The position numbers and the translations under genes are program-made. 64,000 nucleotides of DNA from Picochlorum sp. SENEW3 (lineage: Eukaryota), in NCBI GenBank assembly GCA_034226945.1, contig CP120460.1, positions 496,001 to 560,000 on the forward strand, written 5' to 3'. Below, piece by piece: positions 58,145-64,000 of the stretch. Position 1 is the stretch's first letter. Each line of letters starts with the position of its first letter. Under the pieces are notes generated by a model. It did not search any database. It had not been told where the DNA came from and worked only from the letters and a program-made list of their open reading frames with translations.

Positions 58145-58252
58145 CCCATCGATTATTATTAGGTAGAACTACCGCGTATACATGGTAGTATTTCAATTTC
58201 TTAAATAGGGTCAACAATTAATTAAAGTCATCAGCATGGGGGCATAGAGGTA

Positions 58253-59233
58253 TCACGGCACCAGGCCAAATCTCCAAAACAAGGCCGCTTGTATGACCAA
58301 GAGCAACATGAGTGCCCCAGAAAACGCAGGCACCCGTTCTTTATAATGCACATAGCTAGACGGAAACGCTTCCGTCAACATCTCCTCCTCCAGTGGGATA
58401 ATATATCTACTATAGAGTATAAATGACGCACAGAATGCAACCACACTCCATAACGCACCCCCAGAAACGGCAAACCCAGTCACAAACAGAATATTCCCCA
58501 GAGCCTGAGGATGTCGAAGCAAGGCATACGGCCCAACCGTGATTAAACGGTGAGGAACGTTCGGGTCTCCCATAAACGACCATGTGCCAACAATAACAGC
58601 AGATGAAGCAACCAATGCCAACCCATACAAGCACATGACGGCTCCAGGAATCGCAAGCAAATCAGTCACAGGTGCAGACGCTGTGGGTGCTGCATAAAAC
58701 AGGACAAAACCCAACCAAAACAGCGCCCTCCATCCATATCTATACAGCCCAGACAGATCCTTATCAACTGTTATACTTTCCGTGTGGTTCTGAACGTCTT
58801 TAATACAGCGAGCAAGGAACCAGCTCGCAAAAGCAAAACTTGCAATACACATGAGAGATACAAATACTTTAAACTGTGCCAGACGCGTCAATACAGTGTT
58901 CCCAGACAGGATAGATGCCAATAAAATAGCCCAGTATGTCACACTAATGGTATAATAAAAGTGTTCAAATCGACTGATCGTCTGTATGGTCTCACTATTC
59001 GATTCGAACTGTCCGATGGCTGTCCAATTCTTGAAGGCATTTAAATCCCACGGTGGACCCAGGGATGCCTCGCAGGCAACCCTTCTTCTATCTGATGAGA
59101 TACTATAAATGCTATGGCGAGTGAAAACACCCATCCTGGATGTTTTCGAATGGAGACGAAGAGTGCTCTTCTTGTCATTTCCGACAGGGCGAATGGTCGA
59201 ACAACCATTCGCCACAAGACGTGTCAACAACAT
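58253..59233 (-). CDS. ICMT/PEMT-family membrane methyltransferase-like protein
   Basis: LITVGPYALLRHPQ and EEEML...YVHYKERVP; multiple transmembrane segments; transit-like N-terminus. Confidence 0.75.
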   Translation of the reverse strand: MLLTRLVANGCSTIRPVGNDKKSTLRLHSKTSRMGVFTRHSIYSISSDRRRVACEASLGPPWDLNAFKNWTAIGQFESNSETIQTISRFEHFYYTISVTYWAILLASILSGNTVLTRLAQFKVFVSLMCIASFAFASWFLARCIKDVQNHTESITVDKDLSGLYRYGWRALFWLGFVLFYAAPTASAPVTDLLAIPGAVMCLYGLALVASSAVIVGTWSFMGDPNVPHRLITVGPYALLRHPQALGNILFVTGFAVSGGALWSVVAFCASFILYSRYIIPLEEEMLTEAFPSSYVHYKERVPAFSGALMLLLVIQAALFWRFGLVP

Positions 59234-59269
59234 ATTCACTGGTAGTTATATAAATATGTATCTATTAAT

Positions 59270-60159
59270 TCATTCGGTTCCATGAGATGCCTGAATTCCT
59301 GCTAATTTCTTCAGCACATCAGATCTGAGACCGGTGCCACGTGTCCCTTTGAGCTCTGCCCCAGAGCCAATCGTCTTGTTCTGATCAAATGTCCTCACCT
59401 TGCGCGGTCCCTTTTTGTTGGGTTTCTTCTTCTCCTCTTCATTGGTATTCGTAGTAGTATTCAGCAATTGCGCGGCATCGGCATCTTCTTGTTGTTGTCG
59501 CTCTATAATAGCCTCAACTGCCTTGGCCTTGTCCACCCTGGACAGATAAAAGTCTCTCTCTCTCTTGGCCGCAGCAACCTCAGCAGCCATTTTCTGATCC
59601 TTCACCGCACGCTGATAATTCAACTCCTCCGTCAGGTGATCCCAACTAAATTTAGGAAGATACTTGATACACCACAAGTCATAATAATGCGCAGACCGCT
59701 TCTTCCCTCCCATGGGCTCGCCATTCAACAGCTTGGCCACCAGCTTGGCATCCTTTTTATCTTCAAACTCCACCCACCCTTCTGTAAACTTTTTACCAGA
59801 GTGACCTCCCATTTTCTTCCTCTTCTTCCTCACGGATGGGTCTTCAACTGCCAAATACACCCTTCCAATCTCTCCATACTGCTCCAGCAAGTGCCTGATT
59901 TTCTGCGGCTTCTGCATACAGAAAACAAGACATCTATGATTATGATTATTATTATCACTGTAATGTATAGATTCAAATGACATTGGCTCATTCGTACCAT
60001 ATTGGGGGGAAGTCGACTCAGGTAAATGATCCCTCGCTTCTTCGCCTTGTCAATGTATCGTTGTAGTTTCGATGCATTCATCTCTAGTTTATTATCTATA
60101 TTCGTATCCTGCTCCATACCGCTGCCAGAAGGACTGCTGCTACTTCCTTTTGTTGGCAT
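59270..60159 (-). CDS. ESF2: Pre-rRNA processing protein ESF2/ABT1
   Basis: Exons 60159-59998 and 59911-59270. GIIYLSRLPP, FTEGWVEF and WCIKYLPKFSWDHL. Confidence 0.9.
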
Positions 60160-60354
60160 TGTCGCATGCGTCAATTTCTTCTTCTTTTTTTGCCTTTTCT
60201 TTTTTTGAAAAAGACGACAATGTGATCACAATGCTCTAGTTTTCAGTACTCATGATGCATAATAATAATAATTGTTATTTTTAGAATAGAAGAAGAAGAG
60301 AAGGTGTATTCTCGTCCACATGATACTTGCCGGAGGCATGGGCAGAGCAGGTGC

Positions 60355-60385
60355 TCTGGATCCAGAATCCGGAATTAATTCCGGA
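60355..60385. repeat. Two adjacent perfect palindromes (12 bp and 18 bp)
   Basis: TCTGGATCCAGA at 60355-60366 and TCCGGAATTAATTCCGGA at 60368-60385. Confidence 0.9.
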
Positions 60386-60652
60386 ACAGATCTACATCAT
60401 TAGATTATACTATGTTACACACATCTGATGTGATTCGATCTTATCTCTATAACAACAACAATAAGGATGACTGATTCGGAAAATAAAAAACACACAAGAT
60501 CATGCTGGTGGAAAATTGCCTTCATGAGAGGAAGGAAAAAACAAGGGAAAATACAAGTGATGGAGAGGCACCATCATCAACATCGATAGCAACTGTATGC
60601 TGATACCATGCCTGTGCTCACATCGATCGGTACAATAAATACATTCTATTCA

Positions 60653-61447
60653 TCATGAGGTGCGCCAGGATTCATGCAATTCCACACATTCTAAACAGTT
60701 CATGTCAGGGTCTCTGAAGAATATGGCAGCCCTTCCAGACATGCTCTTTGTATACTCTACACCAGCGTCTTTCAAACGCGCCTCCAATGGCTCAATATCC
60801 TTGACTCCGACGCAAAAATGCCTGTCCCTGCCGCCATGTTCTGGCCTCCCATCCATTGGATCAGGGTTTGGGAGCTCCATCAAGTGAATCATTTCGGGAC
60901 CAATCCATAGCCATGCTCCTCTATATGGCAATTTACTATCAGGTCTGTCTGGATTCAACTGTAATCCAAGGATGCCCTGGTAAAACTCGAGGCTCTTTTC
61001 CAAATTCTCACACAAGAGACCCACATGGTGCATGCCATGGAACACCACTCTCTGGGCGGTAGCGTCTTCGTTGGTTGACACTGCATCCACGGATGCATTG
61101 TGCACCATCTTTTTACTTGGTTGGAATGTGTTGCTAAAAACAACCCTGCGCCGAGCCCCGACAATCACGGAAATGCGATCATGTGTCGTGGTGGCGCCAC
61201 CCGCAAAGTGGCTCTTGTGCTGCAGCTCCGGTTCACCCAGACACTGCCCTCTTGAATACTGCATTGAAACTGGTTCTCCTCGTGCTATGACCAATCGATC
61301 ATTTTTCATAGGCAGAATTGTTCGACCAGTCTCGTTCCTGAGACAAGACACATGTGTCGATGTCGGTGTGGTAGTAACATGGCGACAACGACACGCAGTT
61401 GAATCCTGGGAAAGAAGGCCTCGATGTTGATATTGCTGTGTCTTCAT
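60653..61447 (-). CDS. Glyoxalase/VOC-family protein, probably plastid; start uncertain
   Basis: HHVGLLC, GAWLWIG...IHLMELPNPDP, GRDRH and FFRDPD.N.LE. Confidence 0.88.
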   Translation of the reverse strand: MKTQQYQHRGLLSQDSTACRCRHVTTTPTSTHVSCLRNETGRTILPMKNDRLVIARGEPVSMQYSRGQCLGEPELQHKSHFAGGATTTHDRISVIVGARRRVVFSNTFQPSKKMVHNASVDAVSTNEDATAQRVVFHGMHHVGLLCENLEKSLEFYQGILGLQLNPDRPDSKLPYRGAWLWIGPEMIHLMELPNPDPMDGRPEHGGRDRHFCVGVKDIEPLEARLKDAGVEYTKSMSGRAAIFFRDPDMNCLECVELHESWRTS

Positions 61448-61690
61448 GAATATGTGATGAGTAATAATGGTAATAATTGTATTTTCAAGTGATGAGGAGA
61501 GACGGAGTTGTATCGACTTGGTGAGGGGACAGAATCACCCATCCCCTGATCTCTCTCTTTTTTCTATCCGCTCGTGTTGGATCGGATACATTCACAGTAC
61601 CACTTTGAAGGGTGGGATTATGGTACTGCGAATGCACTCTAAATAGATACATTAGAAAACAACCGTGATATGTGCTTCTACTCTCTCCTT

Positions 61691-62912
61691 ATGGGGCATG
61701 GAAGACTGGAAAATAAAAAACGTGTTGGCGCATTTGATAGTAGTAGTGAGTATGCATAGGGAATGGGATTGTCTTCCTTCTTGTCGTCTCACGCAGTGAC
61801 TGTTGTCTATGGGCTTGTGCTGTGTGTCGGTATGTTGAATGCGTAATTGTAAATCAACCGATCGGTTGATTGATGACGAGAATAACCATCATGTAGTGGC
61901 TTGGTATGGGTTGTGGGCGTTAGATGGGACGAGAGGTAGCAGGTTGGTGTCGCAAGCGTGGGGCTTGTTTCATGGATACCAAGACACGTATGAAAAACTC
62001 CCAGTGCGATTGGATGGGTCAGAGGGATTGTTGTGTGGATCTGCTGGGATGATGACGTTGGTTGTGCATCATATTGCGTCTGATGGAGCATCGAGTATAC
62101 CTGACAGTGTTGTATCTGGCGTGCTTGGTCCTCTGCAGCAGGGGCGGCAGGTGGATGGCGTGCGTGTGGGTGTCAAGGATGTGGTGGCCAAGTATATATA
62201 TTATGATGGGGATGTATCGCCGCTTCTTGAGTGTACAGGGCAGAAGGGTGTGTGTCATTTGAATATGGAGCAGGCGTATGCGATGGGGTGGCCATTGTTC
62301 CAAGGGGCATCTGAATATCCAGAGACCAAGAGGGTGTCTGGGATGTTGAGGAATCTCATCTTGGTTGATGTGTCTCAGATGTTGGATGAGAAGGAATCGA
62401 CGTTGGGGTATCCTCGGGTGGGCGTCTTATCTGATACAGTGGCACTCGCGCTCACGCATGATGACGCTTTGAACGAGATGGGTGACAGTAGCAGTCTTGT
62501 GGATGAAGTGGATGCGTGGTTGTACGGAGACGTATTCATGGATAGTTCTCATCTCATACAAGATATTGCAAAGGCGTGTCAGAAGAAGGCTGCTGTGGAG
62601 CTGTCTCGGTCGTTGCATGTGTTTCATACTGCACGGCATGTTCGAATAGGACAGGGCATCCTCCATGATATAGATACAGCCTTGAACGCAGCAGACATGG
62701 CTAATAATGATACAGGTAAAAATAGTACTGTTTTATTGCGAGATTCTTTTAAAGCGGAGCGTCTGGCATACACGGTATTACATCATCCAGACTATGGTGT
62801 GGAACCTCGCATGCCAGATATGCATGTGATTGCCCTGATCCTTCCGTTTGCACTGCCTCTGACTCTTACATTTTCACAACGTATCAAATTCCTTGTAAAA
62901 GAGACATCATAA
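61691..62912 (+). CDS. Divergent, short GPI transamidase subunit PIG-S-like protein
   Basis: Proposed exons 61691-61745, 61797-61829 and 61897-62912 give an N-terminal transmembrane helix. The C-terminus AERLA...HP...MPDMHVIALILPFALPL resembles the PIG-S tail. Confidence 0.5.
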
Positions 62913-62914
62913 AT

Positions 62915-63847
62915 TTATGCATCATCTAATTCTTTATCGACCTGAGCCGCGGTATCAGCCCCCATATCTGCCGAGACACTTGGGGCTGCGTCATGCTGTT
63001 GCTGCTTCTTCATCTTGCGTTGCTCTTTGAAATTCGCTTCCAATACTTGCTCATTTTCCTTCAACATTTCTTCCAGTGCACCCATATCGACAGCCTCAAC
63101 CACACTCTTCATCTTATCCATACACTTCTGAAGCTTTTTATTCACGTCTGCATACACAGCCATTTGCCCTGCAAACTCGTACAAGACTTTTGGCAACAAA
63201 TAGCTGATACGAAGTGTCACCGCAGTCCCTGCATCGTCATCCTCTGAATGAAACAAGACTGCAGCGACAAGAGGAAATCCTTCCACTGGCTCCTCGACTA
63301 TGTATTTGTTCTCCTCCTCCTCGGTTCGATCCAATGTCACATACAATTCTAAAAACGGTGTTGTTGCCCACCGGTACCACATGTACATGGACATGTAGGA
63401 AGGCTCCTCCTCATGAAACCCAACCTCATCAATCATATCAAACCACTGCATCCAGTTCAATCTCGAGTCCCAGACTTTATAACAGTCAGATATCGGCCTA
63501 TCCACATGAACAGTCACCTCATGCTTCATGGCAATGTCAGTAAACTCGATAAACTCAAACGGGGTATACCCTCCGTCCTGAGAAGGATATTCATCTTCTT
63601 CTCCACTACTACTATTGATACTACTGCTCGCTAGATCCTCATCATCGCTCTTACTAAACTCCTGCTCCCGTTGAGCAGCATCGCCCGTCGCCCGGCATAA
63701 TGCGACCCCACGACTACTCAGCCTATTTGTTGTCATATGTAATTGTTGCTGTTGTATTCTTAATGCCCGTGGGTATGGTCGAGGTGCACCTTTGTTGCAT
63801 GCCGTCGTGGGGGACCCTACCACCACGTGCCGAGCATTCGCATGCAT
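62915..63847 (-). CDS. Polyketide cyclase/SRPBCC (START-like) domain protein, probably plastid
   Basis: HEVTVHVDRPISDCYKVW...WFD...VTLRISY; transit-like N-terminus. Confidence 0.65.
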   Translation of the reverse strand: MHANARHVVVGSPTTACNKGAPRPYPRALRIQQQQLHMTTNRLSSRGVALCRATGDAAQREQEFSKSDDEDLASSSINSSSGEEDEYPSQDGGYTPFEFIEFTDIAMKHEVTVHVDRPISDCYKVWDSRLNWMQWFDMIDEVGFHEEEPSYMSMYMWYRWATTPFLELYVTLDRTEEEENKYIVEEPVEGFPLVAAVLFHSEDDDAGTAVTLRISYLLPKVLYEFAGQMAVYADVNKKLQKCMDKMKSVVEAVDMGALEEMLKENEQVLEANFKEQRKMKKQQQHDAAPSVSADMGADTAAQVDKELDDA

Positions 63848-64000
63848 TGTGGAGTAGTGTATCGACGGTTATTTTGGTGTACTGATTGAAATTATTGTAT
63901 GACCTGGGGCACCCACATCTACGTGTATTTGTATACAAACGCACGAGACTCCGGACTGACCCTTAATTAAAAGTAAAAAAATACATTCACCATGCCATGC

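Noticed and set aside
60425..60474. Possible box C/D snoRNA (TGATGTGA...CTGA)
   Set aside because: The C box is imperfect, the span is short, and I could not identify an rRNA-complementary guide.

Overview
This is eukaryotic nuclear DNA from a very compact green-algal genome, most likely a trebouxiophyte such as Picochlorum; the taxon is my inference. The evidence is CAO, AGPase large subunit, BTA1, plastid transit peptides, mostly 50-135 nt spliceosomal introns and very short intergenic spacers. About 36 protein-coding genes can be modelled by hand-splicing the ORFs. I recognised no rRNA, tRNA or CRISPR array. Main observations: (1) a complete CDC20 gene is nested antisense in a 2.25-kb intron of the bifunctional OHCU decarboxylase/HIU hydrolase (TTL) gene; (2) a U-box domain is fused to a rhomboid fold lacking its catalytic residues; (3) a TA-flanked, TIR-bounded MITE-like element sits in an intron of a secreted alpha/beta hydrolase; (4) a KELP-like protein carries four PC4 domains; (5) there is a degenerate DRC11/IQCA1-like AAA gene, a GC-AG intron in BolA, co-directional gene pairs only 18-54 nt apart, and recurrent palindromes downstream of stop codons. 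All family assignments come from motif recognition by eye; no searches were run.
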